Shown one piece after another: positions 1 through 28,900 of a DNA stretch of 64,000 bases. This DNA comes from Tubiluchus corallicola. Taxonomy: Eukaryota; Animalia; Priapulida. The translations under genes were made by a program, and so were the position numbers. The notes below the pieces were generated by a model. The model searched no databases, was not told where the DNA came from, and saw nothing but the letters and a program-made list of their open reading frames with translations. The stretch lies in assembly GCA_030141605.1 (NCBI GenBank), contig JAQGDQ010000008.1, positions 434,001 through 498,000 of the forward strand, given 5' to 3'. Position 1 is the first letter of the stretch. Each line of letters opens with the position of its first letter.

Positions 1-385
1 CTCGAAAAAGGTTTTTTAAATAAAAAAGTAACATTCTAAGATTATTTTTATGACATTTTTTCATTTCTGATTTAATGTTGATTGGTATCATAATGCGAAA
101 TATATTTTATATGTACATAGAGGAACACTATGCTAATCAACTATTATGTATATACATATAGACTAACTTCATTATATTCCCGTTATCTCGCCATACTCGC
201 CTCTCGCCAAAAATTTGCCCTAGACGGACAGTGGCGAGATAACGAGGCTAGACTGTATGTGAAGGAAAAATATTGAGTCAATTATGCGGAGTTATTTGAG
301 TCAATTACCGATAGTTTTTGTGTATATTTGAATAGAAGCGGCCCGTTCCAGACATTTTTGAGTCAATTAAGCGGCGCCTACTGTA
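1..385. mobile_element. Right ends of two (probably nested) pogo/Tigger-like Tc1-mariner MITEs
   Basis: Terminus ...CGAGATAACGAGGCTAGACTG|TA at 255 with internal inverted copy CGTTATCTCGCC (181-192); second terminus ...TGAGTCAATTAAGCGGCGCCTACTG|TA at 383 with three TGAGTCAATTA subterminal repeats. CAGT...ACTG ends plus TA are typical of the pogo group. Left ends lie outside the window. Confidence 0.55.
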
Positions 386-1259
386 ATTTCATTCACAAAA
401 CTATCTTTTGCAACAATGCAAAAAAAGTTTCACTAACGTTTTCATAATTTCATCAATACCCTATTTGTTATTTTATTACTAATATACTCTAATAATTTTG
501 CAGAAATGTAACAAATAATATATATGCATTGTATACACAATACACATATAGAGAAAGAAAAACTAAATACCTAAATGAACTAATTGACTAAATTATCGAA
601 AATTTGTTTTAATGTATATGATTTTTATGTTAATAAAGCTCAGGGGAGAAAGCTATGGTACATTAACCTGGTTATCTATTTGTAAAAGGACTGAAACTGT
701 CAGAAATCTTTTCATGATTGTCGTTAAGATAGGGTTATGCGATTATCGATTTTTAAAGTAAACCTCGATATGTATTTCTTTAATTGTTTGTGTCTCACTA
801 CTTTGAACTTTAATCATTTTTATTTAAACATTCGTACTTCCTATTTCAAATGTTCACAAACCAACAATAAAAAACAGGCAAATTTGATTAAAATGTGGCC
901 ACAATAAAATACATCATTATTTCATTCAAGTAACATTTCTATTCACTTATAACTTGAGAACAATAGTGTGATTCACACATTACAAATTTCACAAATATAA
1001 GGCATTAGTTTAATAAATGTTTACTTACATACTACCATTTACATGAATAGCATAATTATCACAAGTAGCACAATGCACTAAAGCACAATAATCGCCTTAG
1101 GAGGCACAATATAAATTCAATTTAGCTGCACCATAATGTTAACTATAATTTAGCACTATAGGCCTATATAGAGGGACTTGCTCTATAACCAGTGAAAGCT
1201 AAGAGAGTCATCCCCGTTGCTCATGTCGAGTGGCCTTATATAAACTTTTCCTTCGTAAA

Positions 1260-15082
<13,823 letters not shown>

Positions 15083-15390
15083 ACTATTAAAATTTAGTTT
15101 TACGTAAATCTAATGTCAATGAAAAACGCCACATTGTAGCAGCCGTCTGTGCCATTTACTTCTGAGATCCTTAAGTAACCCGGGTAACTAAGAAAATGTG
15201 CTGCCACCTGTCAGTCAAGTTTCAGTACAGTTTGCAAAACACTCCACGTAAAGGCATATTCCAAGTTTTGGTGAGACCATGGGTGAAATTCACTTTAGAC
15301 TTTAGCAAACATATTTAGTAGAATGGGATCAAGTTGAGTTGAGATACGACGGTTTAACTTCCGAAAGGCTATTCCAAATTAATGTATGCA
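15083..15390. promoter_or_regulatory. Probable bidirectional promoter between TMEM232 (-) and SRP19 (+)
   Basis: Divergent start codons only 308 bp apart; includes a CTCF-like sequence on the minus strand (TGACAGGTGGCAGCAC, ~15198-15213). Confidence 0.6.
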
Positions 15391-18235
15391 ATGGCGTGGG
15401 CTCCTGGAAAAACACATGCCGACAAAGAAAGGTAAGCTGTTAGGTGTTACGTTGGTTAATATTGTTAAGATGACAAACTTCTCCAGAAAAAGTTTACCAA
15501 GTTAGCATATTGACCTATTTTTTATTTATGTAGATGGATATGCATCTACCCAGCTTACATCAACAATAAGAAAACGTGCACACAGGGCAGACGACTTGCA
15601 AAGGAAAAGGTATGACATAATTTGACAAACTGGGTTGTTGTTTATACTTACACTGTTAGTGTTACAGATGATTTTATAGATATGTATAATTATGTTCATA
15701 TATCTAATAAACTTTTTGGCCGTTTCGTTGTGCGCATGCACAGTTGCTGTTGAGTCAAAGGTTAAGTGTACCATAACAATGCGTCTCAACTACAACAGCC
15801 ACGTGACAAGCGAGTAAAGAGAAACTGAAGTTCAGTAACTTCTGTTGTTTTACTGGACTCTACTTAATTATGCATTAGTCTGTGCATAGAGTGATTTACT
15901 AGTACGATCTTGCTTGGGAACAAGAAAAAATGAACGTAAAGTTCTAACTAGCTGTTAAAACTGTTACTATTATAATAGCTTGGGCTGCGAGGTGTTGTCA
16001 AGTGTACACTAATGCATTTACTGGTACACTTAACCTCTGACCTTTTCACGATCATCATCAATCACTAGAACTATGAAAAGGCTTATTCAGCACATAACAG
16101 TACAGAATACGTCATTTAGCAACAGGGCCTGCACAATGTGGATGATTGTGGTGAGACCAGAATATGACTTGTGGTTAAAACTATATATCTAAGACACTAA
16201 ACCAACAGAGATACCAAAACCACGTCCCAGTGTGAATGCATCTTCACTTTGCAAGGTAAACGGCCAGAATCAGCATAGCGAATAAAGCCCCCTATGTGAG
16301 TATTGCTGATAAAAGCACATGTAATGACCACTCAGCTATTCACATTTCCTTGCCAGCAATTACAACAAAACTTTAGTTTTTTTTATCTATTTTAGGCATT
16401 AATGCGCTAGCTTAGGGAAGAGCTCAACTGAAGTATAATTTTTCTTTTTTCTAATACCACACCTATTTTCCCTTTCAAGCCACACAAGCCTCTGTTGGTT
16501 CAATTGTATAATTTTAATAGAGAGCAGCACCAAAGCAGTAAAGTGTAAACAGTGCTGCAATAATGTATGTTGAGGTATGCTCGATATAACAGGAACAGGA
16601 AACATTAAAGTTGCTACCCTTTAATAGGTTAATTAGCTGATGCAACTTGATATTAAAAGTTAACTCCCGAAATTGACAGCAGCTATTTTCTACGATAGTT
16701 ATAAAAACCGTAGTGGCTCAAATAAACCTGCTAGCTAATTTTATGACAATACAGCAAACAAAATTATCTATTAAGCTGTTATTTCTTGATTAAGGTTTGT
16801 TAATTTTTGGCAGACAACTGTCAAGTCCTGTTGTTGCTACAATTATTTTTATACTGCCTTTTTCTTAGTGTGTAGACAATCCAACATACCAAGAAATAAA
16901 AGATGTTCTTCTGGCGGCTGGTTGCACTATAGGTGTTGAGGTAAGTTCCTTTGTGTGTAACAGTGGATTTTTATATAAACGTGTGCCTTTCTTTTTAGCT
17001 ACATGGACAGCAGTATCTGCATTTTACCACCTGAATTTGATCTGTGAACTTTTTTTAAAAATATAATATTGCATGTAAAATTTAAGATATCAAATTTAAT
17101 CTTATCTTGCTTACTTAAGAAAAGCAAGCAAGGCAAAATTAAAAGCTTATAGTTAAAAATAACTATAATAACTTAATCAATAAGCAAGTTTTGTAGTTTT
17201 ATGACTTGATAAAAACCGGCTCAACAATTTCAAATTAATGTCAACTTAAATGTCATATAAATGTGTTGTGAACACTAGTTGGAGATGTCTAGTTATCTAT
17301 CTATATTATAGAATAAAGTGTATCCGAGAGAAATAAACAAGTATGACACACAGTTTCGAGGAAGAATCAGAATGCAGCTAAAAAATGAAGATGGCTCACC
17401 GTTAAGTGTAAACTTTCCAACACGTAAGCATTAAATTAATTTACAATGAGCAGACCTTAATGTAACAAAATTGCTACGCCAACTATTTAGTTGACGAATT
17501 TAATACAATTGCATTAAGGAGATTGCCAAGTATTTCATGCAAGAGTAATTGTAAGTTCCCGTAAATTGTAAACAACAGCGCATTCTGTCTGATAGATGAT
17601 GTTGTTCTACGATCATAAGTGCGCAAACTATGTAAAACAGTTCAAGTATGAAAATTTTAAACACCAAGTGAAAATGCTATTCATTTTGTTCTATTCGTCA
17701 AGACAAATCAAAATGTATTTCATTTTTTTACTTGAATTATGCAAAAGCATTCGGATCTAATGACATTTGACTGGTTATTTGAAAAAAAAATTTTGCAATT
17801 TTTCTACAAAATACTTGAGATTCAGACCTTACCAGTTTATACTATAGAAAATGTTATGATAATCTTGACCTGTTTTTCATCTAGATATTATCGTTTCTGT
17901 TCCTCCCAGAGCGTTCCAGTTTTGGTATGTGATTTAAAAACCAATCATGTCCAGAACTCTATCTTGTGCCATTAAACAGAATTTAGTACCACAGCCATAG
18001 CCAAATGCAACAGCTTTTTTTTCACAATTGTTGCAAGCAAGTAGCTTGACGAAAACATACTAATCGTTTAAAAAAGCGCTAATCTATTTTGGCAGGTGAT
18101 TCAGTGTTACTTTATCTGGGAGAGACCATTCCGAAATTGAAATCTCGTGTACAGAAACAAGGGGATTCATCTAGTAATCAACCTAGCGGCTCGAAGGACA
18201 AGGGAAAAGGAAAAGGGAAGGGAAAAAAGCGGTGA
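15391..18235 (+). CDS. SRP19: Signal recognition particle 19 kDa protein (146 aa), 5 exons
   Basis: Exons 15391-15431, 15534-15609, 16869-16940, 17312-17423, 18096-18235; GT-AG, in phase. Translation MAWAPGKTHADKERWICIYPAYINNKKTCTQGRRLAKEKCVDNPTYQEIKDV...NKVYPRE...FRGRIRMQLKNEDGS...IPKLKSR...KGKGKKR* is typical of SRP19. Confidence 0.97.
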
Positions 18236-19979
18236 TGGTTAGCAAGAGCAAGGCTGGAAATATGCTTTAAAACAAGTATATATTTCCTATATCAGTTTTT
18301 GCTGTAGGGTTTAAAGATACAAGAGATTCTTATTTATTCCAGACACTTCGTTTGTTCTTCTTGTCAGCATTAAGTGCAAGTCTGTTTTGCTTTTAACTCA
18401 TGAAGAGTTTGTGTAAAATAATTTGTGCAGTTAAACTGTTGTGTACTGTACAGTCTACACAGATGGTGTTAATACTTAAATTTCAGGGGATGACAGTTGC
18501 TAGCCTTTAGTATACAAAAAATTGGCTTACTTTGAAGATTAGTCAATGTCTGCAATGATACAAGACTCTAATTTTTTTTTGGAATTTGTCATTTTCAATA
18601 CGTCTCTTTGAAATATTCCTTGTTTATTGATTTTCTGATTGAAGAAAACTGCACTAGTCGATTGGCTGTGTTTATTTGTCCAAGTGTAAACGTGACAACA
18701 CACGGCAACAGTTCTCCATATCATTCTAAAGCCAAGCCTTCTCCACTAAATAAATAATCCATTTTAGATAAGCACAGCATCCCTTACCAATTTAATCCAG
18801 ACACTGTGAATTAAAAAGAAAGGTAAAATACTATTCATTTAAAAAGTAATAATATAAAACATTTTATTTTCACATTTCACTTCGTATCACGATCGATTAC
18901 TGAATGCAGAAACTAATATTCAAATACCATTGTTAAACAACAAGTTATGTTGCAACATTGAAATGCAATTGAATGCCCTGCTGAAAAAGGCATATATTTG
19001 CACCACTATACCTTGGTTATTTTATCATTTTTGAAATTTTGGCCTTTGCTTCGTATTTGTGGATGGTACTAAAAAGCCAAAAAATGATCGCCTGTACAGT
19101 ACCACTAATTCCTAGCAATGATAGTGATGCAAGAAGTAGGCAGGTTTTAAAGTACAAGTTCCTTTCTATAACAACACATTTCAGTAAACATGACAGACGC
19201 AAGTGCTACTTCTGTGGCTAACTCTAAGAAAAATTTCAAGTCATTTCAGTATAGAAGCTGTCTGTGAAATCGAAACACTCTTGCAATAATGAGGCACAAA
19301 GAAAATTAAGATTTAAAACACCATGGGAAAGAAACGAGATGTAAATGACGTGATAAGTAAAAAAGAATGCTATATTTTGTTCGCAGGGCATTTGTAAAGG
19401 CCTAATTAAATGATGAGCTATCATACACACCATTTCCATTCTGATATTTACCCTGCAGTAGCAAACTCAATTTTCGTGCAGCAGAAGTCATAATTTTGCT
19501 GTTAAGTTCAGCATGGTTTCACAAACTTTAAATTTGTTTTTCTCATTTCATTCAATTATTTTATCACATAAGTCCAGGCAAATGCATTAGAAGTCATAAG
19601 CACTGACATCCTTAAATTACTAGGATAAGTTATCATAACTGCTTACTAGCGGTAGTAGTACTTTTTTATGGCCATTTCCTGCTCTATAGCTATTTTACAT
19701 TCAAAAATACATTTAATATCACAATGTTTAGTTTAAATATTGAATTATTGACGCCACTGAGTGCATCTAGGTACAGGGAAGATCTTGAACAAGCTATATC
19801 ACTGATTATATTTATACAGGTAACTTCAATTATATCATCATTTGTCAACATATGAACTCTCTCTTCTGATGTTACATAATTCACAAATTTGATTAAATAA
19901 AATATGCTGCCAGTAATGGCATGTCTGTTTGTGTTGACATAAATTTCATTACAATTCTCTAAACTATAAATACAATTTG

Positions 19980-22900
19980 TCACCAGCCAAATATGTATTC
20001 CATTGCCTTTGATAAAATATTGTTGTTTTGCTGAGGTGTACTTGTACCAGACAATACCTGTAAAAGAAAAGGTAAATTCATTCTACAGTACTCGACTCTG
20101 ATATTTGACTTGAACGTTCTTTTAATAGTGTCATTTAAAAAACACATCCAGAAAACTAGTTAAACTTGAATGTCTTCACACCTAAATAATGGTATAGTAT
20201 GGTATAATTCATTCTTTACATTTTTGAACTTTAGTAGTAAAATACTTGCTATTTTGGAGCACAAAAACAAGCAAACCACAACAAATGAGAATTAGATCAC
20301 ATGCAGAATATTCAGTTTTCACATTTTTAAGTAAAAAATATGCATACATATTTCTGCTTAAAAAACAATGATTAAAAAGCTTACGTCGTGTTCACTAGAA
20401 GCAGCTCTGTATGCGGCTGTGAGCGGTCGAATGGACGTTGTCCGACTTTGATCTAATGTTGCACTTTGATTGGCTGTAGAATGATTAATCGGGGGAAAAG
20501 TGGTTTGACTGGTCGTCGTTGATGACATCATAGCCTGTGCAACACAACATAAAAATGAAAACAGGCTAGACATATAGAATACATAATTAGTGTACTGACT
20601 ACACAACTAAAATAGTTAATTCTCGCACAACAATAGCCAGTAAAATTACCTTGTCTATACATGGAGTAACACCAACCATTATTTGATCACCGAAAATTCG
20701 ACCGTTTTTACTCAGCGCTTTTTTCGCTTGCAACTTGGATTGATAGTGAATGTGTACCCAGTTACCTTTAGATGTAACCTAAAATAATAATTAATAATAG
20801 TATATTCATTATATGTAAATAATACAAACCACATAAGTGCAACAAATTCTGCAAAAGTAATGATTATAATGTCCAATTGTACTTGAAATTACTTATCCAG
20901 GTACAATCTAGCAAGTTATACATTATCATTAAATATATTTTCTACTCTAGGTTTCAACTTCAAGGTCGATCTAAACTTTAAAATGTAATCTATGTTGCCG
21001 ACAAAAATAATGAGAGAATTTTTTAGCTAAGTATAACAAGGATATACTCACTATTTACAAACAAAAAAACTCTAGACTTTGACTTGTGAATGCAGTGTCA
21101 ACAGCCTATTCTATCTACCTAGGTAACATTTTACCACACAATAGTTAGCCATTGCTACTGACTGCAACAGTTGTGATTCAATTAAAATTACCAACTTGGG
21201 TACAAAGTTCTTGTAACTGGTAACTAGTGCTCTGCTGTAATTATATTGCACGATTGAGAAACAATACTTTTGGTGTACAGATGCACCTTTACTTCAACAC
21301 CCTAGATCTGGTACATACGAATCCATTCTTTACATTTTATGTACAACCAAAATTAGCATAGCGAACCTAGGGATTGAATCTAGGGTCTTCATACAATTTT
21401 TGGGAAATTTACTCATAGGCTGAACAAAGCAAATAATTAATACTTACCTTGTGTTCAAGTATATTTCCATACTGCGAAAACTGCTGTAAAATGTAGGATG
21501 AAGCAGCTGGCGGAAATCTGTAAGCAAAGAGCACAGTGTCGCAAACAGTCCAAAGCTATCAATTGCAACTTAATGCAGAAGCTACATAGTAACAAAATTA
21601 GAATGTGTTATATGTACTGAAGCTGTGCATGTCAGACAGGCAAGTTTCAGAAAATTACGACATTTATTTCTTTAAAAGCGCTTGGCAAAAACCAAAATTG
21701 ACCATTGAAGACAAAGTCTAATTCACGTCAATTCTGTTCCGGTACTGGTACTAAAAGCTATCCCTACAAATTGTGGAGCTCAGCAAAACAAAAGCAGACT
21801 TGACTTTAATTGCTATTTTACTTCAACATACCCAAACACAGTAACCCATGTTTCATCTAATTCATCGTCAGCTGTTAAACTTTCCCTAAAAATCAAAAAA
21901 AAATTATCCAAAAATCTTTGTGAACTCAAAACTTTAACAAATGCTGATCTAGTAAATAAATTTGTGATTGCAATGTTTAAAAATGTTCTTAAAATAAGTA
22001 ATCGCATAATTAGTTCGAACAGCCACAGTAAGTATTTTAACCGAGAGAGCTGAGTGGTATCACTGATGTGCTTAGCTTTGAAATCTAGCTGTGCTGAGCT
22101 TGGATAATAAATGGATGGATCACCAAAATGGCTTCTGATTGGATTTATCCGCCTTACTGTTTCTCGCTGCTCCTCATTCAATGAACGTATGGTCATGCTA
22201 ACACGACTAAAGACTGCTTTGCCGATCAGTCTCACATCTTAGAGAAATATATTGGTTAAGAGGAAAGTCTTGCTACAATAATAATAGACTTTTCCTTAGA
22301 GTGCCAGATCCTGGCTTGCAGTGTGCCAAACTGTAAAATAAAATTCCTTGATACTTACCCCTGAGTATAAAAAGGATCAATTTGTGCTGGTGATGGTGGC
22401 GTCTTGTGCTGATGACTAGATGACTGGATGGTCGGAGTTGGTCCACGATCAGGTGCAAACGCTTCACTACCTACAAAATTTTCATAATATAAAAACAAAC
22501 TTCATTAAAATAAGAACAAATATAAAGATATAATAAGGCCACATTTTCCAAAACATATCTCTTAGTTATGATGTGCATTTTCAATGGGAAGAATTTCAGT
22601 TTCTTTCAAGCTTAGACGGACAAATTATTCGATCAGTTATTGCATGGAAGTTACATGCACGATGGAAAATGAGACGAAAAGTTTATGGATTGGAAAATTA
22701 ATGTACCGTGTGTATGTTTGTTTCGGTAAATTGCCAACATTCCTTGACCAGTCATTAGTGAAAGCGCTAAATGAGAGATTACTGAATGAATTTAAATCAG
22801 CACGATAACCATTATGAATGAGTAGGGTTGCCAGACGTCCCTTATATATAGGACATGTCCCATATTTGATAATTTTATCCCCTGTCCCATACTGACCTTT

Positions 22901-25900
22901 CAGGGACACTTAAATGTCCCATATTTAGTTCATTTTCAAGTTTCGTAATAAAAATATATTTTTATATACAAAAATATGTTTCTCACTTGTTTCTTTACAT
23001 ATTCTCCATATGAAATATAACTTTTAGTTTATTTTCTGTGTATTAAATATTAATTTTCAAAATTACTTTCCTTTACATTTCTATATTATCTCTATTGAAT
23101 AAGAATTTTGCAATGATTTCACTTTTTCAGAATTTCTTTTAGTTGTCCCTATTACATGTACTAAATAATAATAATAGTTCTCTGTTGTCTGCATTAAATA
23201 AATATTTTCGAATGATTTCACTTTTACAGAATTTTTTTATATTAAATAATTTCCAAATGATTTTAATTTTGTTTTCCTCATATCCCATTAAAATCCTTGC
23301 TTTATGTTTTTAACTTGTCTCTACTTTTACATAATATATTGGTCTGGGTGTGTAGGCATTTATAAATTTATATAATCGATTTTGAGAGCGTCCCGTATTT
23401 CTCATTTTCTAATCTGGTAATCCTATCAATGAGTTGAGTAATAAAATGCACAATCAAAAGCATTTATTATATTTTCGCCACTTTCGCAAACCCTAAATTC
23501 TTACAGGCTGTTGTTTTCATACATCTTTTAGCTTAAACATGCAAACAAACCTGCGTGAGCATAACGCACCCGATTTCAAAAATGCTATTCCAACATCTAG
23601 ATGTACCAGCTTAAAAAGCAAATAATTTTCCATCGGACATTCGTATCTGACTTTTTAGCGTATAGTATAGTATGTGAATGTTTTGATTCGTTTTGCCGTG
23701 TGCATGGATAAATTCCTTAGCCCCAGATAACAACACTTATATGAGGCACTTCTTATGCAACTAACTAATTTCCTATCTCGTGCATAAACATGCAAGATAA
23801 AGGCATGTACTGCAGCCCTGCTATCATACGGATGACTACATTATCCATGTATGCTTCAGCTACAATTATCATTGACACTGACATACCGGTTGAAAATGGA
23901 GTCGACTGTCCAAATCGCACCTGCCGCACAGGAGTCCCGAAACATCCAGGCACTTTTGTCGGAGTATGTTCTGTTACACCAAATGGCACTGACCCAGGAC
24001 CTAAACTGTGGCGTGCCGCACCACGTCTTGCTGACTGCACATTGTAATCAAGCTAAAATGCATGTATACTTTAATCATAAAAATGCATTGAAAGAGCACA
24101 TGCACAAGACATTTACTCAGCCGATTCTTATTTTTAAAATCTACTTTCAAAATGCCGAAATTAGAATTGCAGAATTTTGCTTCTTCAAAATCTTCAAATC
24201 ATCAATCAAACAACATCATACTTTTCGTCTCTCAGGGGAGATGTTCGTAAGATTGTGTAGACTCAGCTGATATCCAGAACTATCCAAAAGACCTTCCGTT
24301 GGTGGAGCATTAATTTTTTCTTTGCCTAATCTTTTATAAAGCAAAACATAACATATTAAATCATGCAAAAATACTACAAGTATTAGTACTTTTCACTAAT
24401 GCTGTTCCAATTAATCAATTTTATCGAAAACGAATCGCCAAAGAGTGCTCGATCACAAATTAACATAGGTAACTGATGACTGCTCATTACAATAAGTGTA
24501 AAACTCTGCACACTTCCTTGCTTCCTTATTTCTTTCCACAGTGAGCCTACTGTGTTGCGCAATACAGACAATTTTTCCTCAGGTGCAACTCACCGTCCTA
24601 AGCAGTCATTGTTGCAACAGTGACAGACTTCTAGCCTAGATCAAGTGCATGTGCATTCAGACTGCAGTACTTCATATTAACGTTATTTATAAGAGATTGA
24701 GCTAACATGATTCACAATTAAATAAGTAACAACAATAACTAAAATCTGTTACACAACACTGTTAATTTCTACCATTTATAGGGGTGAGCATTCTCTACCA
24801 CAAAGCGAATTAGAATCGAATTTGTGACTTTCGAATCGAACCAAATTTCAGTATTTCGAATTAAATTTGAATTGAGTATGAAAGACTTTCGAACCACCAG
24901 TAAAAATTGAACTTACAAAGATCATGCATATTACTCGATTTTGTTCTGCAGTAAAACCACTGATAATTTATTTAAAAATTGTGCACAGAAATTGCTTACA
25001 AAATTGTGCTAATTGCACGATGTTTCAAACATTTTAATGATAAAGAACATATGTGGTTGAAGTGCTGAATTATTCGAATCTATAATTTTAGGTTCGAATC
25101 GAATTCGACCTAAAAGAACACGTTTGAATCGAGCACTTGCCAAATACATAATGTCAATCATTTTCATTGACTGCCTAATTAGCATACAAGTTATTTTACA
25201 CCCCTGCACAGCTTAATTAAGCATTATTTTGCACCCCTGCAGGTACGTTCGGGACATTTAGCTACAGCTGTCTCTAATACTGTTATGAAAAATGCTCAAC
25301 TTTTCATTAGATAGCGGGAGAAACATCGACTGGATCTAGAAACTCTAGATTTTGTTATTGTCAATTGAAATTGCAGTCAGTCAGTGGAAATATACAGTCC
25401 AGTTTCGTTTATAGGAAGAAATGCATAATGCTTACGTCTATGAGTTGCTGATTAAACCATTTTGCAATCAAGAAAATACGCAGTTTAGTTTAGCTTATGG
25501 CTTTGCAAGTTAGACAAAAACAACTATTTGGTTAACTTTAAATAAGGACAAAACAAAATGTTTTCTTTTCTAGCCAGTTTTTATAAACCTCAATGAGATT
25601 TTCATAGTCAAAATTAATTCAAATGTGGTCAAAACTTATATTATACATCAATGTAATATTAGTTAATTTCGTGGTTAAAAGATGCCATTGGGACTTATGT
25701 AACACAGGCATTCAATATAGGGTCGTCTATGGAATGGAACAATCAAATTTATTCCACTTCCATAGCCTAACAAACGGACGAACACATGATAAGTTAATAT
25801 AGAAAAATACATTGCAGGCATAATGTTCGAATGTTCAAAGGCAAGAGAGACAATACTTTTGTAGCTCATTTATTGTAAACCAAGGCTAACTGGTTTAGTT

Positions 25901-28900
25901 TCTTCATTATACTTATGTCTCTGTATTTTGTAGTGCTTTCAAACTTCATCTCTACATTCTGATTAAATTGAAAAGTCATTTTTTGGCTACTTGAAGTGTT
26001 AATTTTGCGTAAAAATAGCTACTGCTCTGCAAATTTGTGTTTATGAAAAAGTGCAATCAGTTTATCTGCTGATTAAACATTAGTTGTGACTGCCATGTTG
26101 TTTAGCTTAGACAGTTGTTGTCCTGCATGCACTGTTGTCCCGAATGCTGCTGAGCATGCTTACGTTACAGCGGAGGCGGAGCGATAGACCAATATGTTTG
26201 ACGTCGATTAGCAACAACTGTAAGTAGCAATTAAAACAATTTGGACATCTAAACACAAAATGCAAAACAATAGTCAAATGCTTAACATTCTTGTTGCATG
26301 CTGATGCAACAGTACCAAATACTACAATCAATGATTAGTTGATCATTATTTGTTTTTCAAATGATTAATCACAGAAATGAGACAGAGTTTTAACACTAGT
26401 TTTCACAATGTCACAACCAATATCGAAAAACTGACACTATCTAATAATAGCAGAAATGGAGGCTGTTTTCCATCACTGATGCGACATAAAAGGAGTCAAG
26501 TTGGATTTTGCTATTTAGAAATAACTAAAGTGGCGTTTACCAAACATCCAGAACACGTTGTGCGTTATTGCGTGTCAAGTTGTGAATAAAAAAATCAATA
26601 GGAAATACTGCAGAAAAAATATCGCAATGGTGCAGGTCTGATAAATGGGTGCACATAAAACAATATAAAGTGATTTTTATGCAATAATGCATTCCAGGTG
26701 TCTGGTAAATGCCGCTTAATAGAAACATAACGTGTGGCAAGAAAAATTAATGTAAGATCACAGATATTTTACCAAGAGACTAACTGGAATATAATACTAA
26801 GCAAATATTGTACTAGCTCTATAATAGACTACAGTATATCGTGCACGGGATCAGTCCACTACACTAATTTGTTTGAAAATAATTACCCACAATTAGAAAA
26901 CGATCAAGTTATTCCAAACTGTCTATGCCTCAAATGTTAGTGCTTGCTGTTTAGTTCAGAATACACACTTATAAATGTTGATCATGAATCACGCAAATCA
27001 TTATGCACTTTGTATCACTTAATTAACATACCTAGTAGCCGCATCACTTTGTGATGTATAGCTCATATCTGACTTGTTGAATATTGTCTGTTTGTGAAGT
27101 CCAGATGAGACATTTGTGTGCAAAGTCGATTTAGGCGGGCTGCTTGAAAGACCCGTTAAACGCTTAGATGACTGCAACAAAATATAAAATTTGTAGTCAC
27201 TATACAATAACCAATTCTGCTCACAAGAAAATTTTGCTAAAAGAATAACATTTTAAATGAGCATTCAAGCCTTTTAGTAAATATGTGTAAAAAAAAAGCT
27301 TATGATATCTCAAGACTAAATATCAATCTTTCCTTATCTTGTTTTTAGTGATGCACCGCCCATTCATTACTGAGAGTAATGCTACTTAATTCTAGCCAGC
27401 CAAACAAGAACGATAAAATGCTTACTGCTTTGTGCAACTGTATTTTATTTTCTAGTTCAGTGGTGGGCAAGTACGTAGTTAAGTGCTGTTTATCAGTCTA
27501 ACAGTGAGGTTCAGTGCAGTGCTAGTAACCACCTTTCCCCCAAAAAAAGCTCTCACGTTTACTGTGTTTGAGATTTTTTAAATCCTTTTTCAAATTTAAT
27601 ACCGAGACTTTTGTTGCAAAAATATGCTTAAATTTATTGGATTTTTTGTTCAGACCAACATTACCATTTATAAAGTTTTGCAGTTTGCCTTTTAGCAAAT
27701 GTTACTTTTTTCAACTATATTCACTAAATTAAAATAAGTCAATCTACTATAACGCAGTTACAAACAACTTTTAAATTACACAAGCTCTCAAATGTAAGAA
27801 TTAGAAGATGTCTAAAATGTAGAAAAACTTCCATTATTAAGAAATCAAACAATAGCCTATGCAAAATTCAATGGAGAAACTTACATTTTTTTTCGTTGCA
27901 GTGCATTTAGCAGCTGTTGTATGTAATACAAGTTTTATAGTAGAGTCAGATAAAATAACTGAAACTCACGAGATGTAGGATGCTGACGCACATGAACTGA
28001 GTTACGTACTGAATTCTTATGGCAATTGTGAGTGCAAAGTTTAAAATAAAAATTCAACAGAAATTACAGACATGTTTCTAGATGGTGGGCGTCTCATTGT
28101 GTGATAATAATTTAACAGAAATAACGTTTACTTAGCTTTAAATAAAACAAGCTATTATTAATGGAATAAAGTAATTAATTTACTTTTATTTGCCCTGTTT
28201 TTCAATTTATCCTTGAATACCTTGTATCCATTTATATTATTTAATGACACAGCTATGTAAAGCACTTTAAGTTACAGGAATTAAATCCTCAGCAATCAGC
28301 AGGCTGAAAAGGGAAGTTAAATTAGTATGTTACCCATTGCAGTTGGAGAGAAGACTTACGGCGACAAACTCACATGTTAGTACACTGACTAAATTCTAGA
28401 CAACTTTGTAACTCTTCACAAATCAAATAGCCAACCCAGCTAATGTGTTCATAATAACAGCAATGCTCAGGAACAAGAATTAGTAAAACCTTAATAAGAG
28501 ATTTTAATTTTCTCATTGTAAGGAGCTATATATATTACTCCAATAAAGCTGACTTAATTCAAAATCAAATGTACTCTTGTCACACATTTCTACAATGTTG
28601 CAGTTTACTAAGCCTGAAAAACCACTTATATGACAATGATGTCATCAGCCAGATAGAGGTGGCATTTTTAACCAGGTAGTGAGTTCACAGACTGAGTCAC
28701 ACATTATAGTATATATCACACAAACAAGTATTTGTAAAACCACCTCAGCACTACTTTAAAGCTGTATTTTAATTGAAGAATATTTACATGGCAGATCTCC
28801 AAGAAGATCAAATCCATGAACAACTTCTTAAAATGGTAGTGACTTCTAATGCAAACACTAAATACTTATAGCATATAAGCTGTTAAATATGAACAAAATA

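Noticed and set aside
270-372. Three spaced TGAGTCAATTA repeats superficially like a CRISPR or AP-1 array
   Set aside because: Eukaryotic context, irregular spacing, and position next to a transposon terminus indicate subterminal repeats.
21813-22235. 140-aa ORF
   Set aside because: Only the last ~18 codons are a real NUP35 exon; the rest is intron read-through.
25435-25446. 12-nt candidate NUP35 micro-exon (cag|CAACTCATAGAC|gtaagc)
   Set aside because: Does not resolve the phase conflict and contains a stop in the frame required after exon 3.
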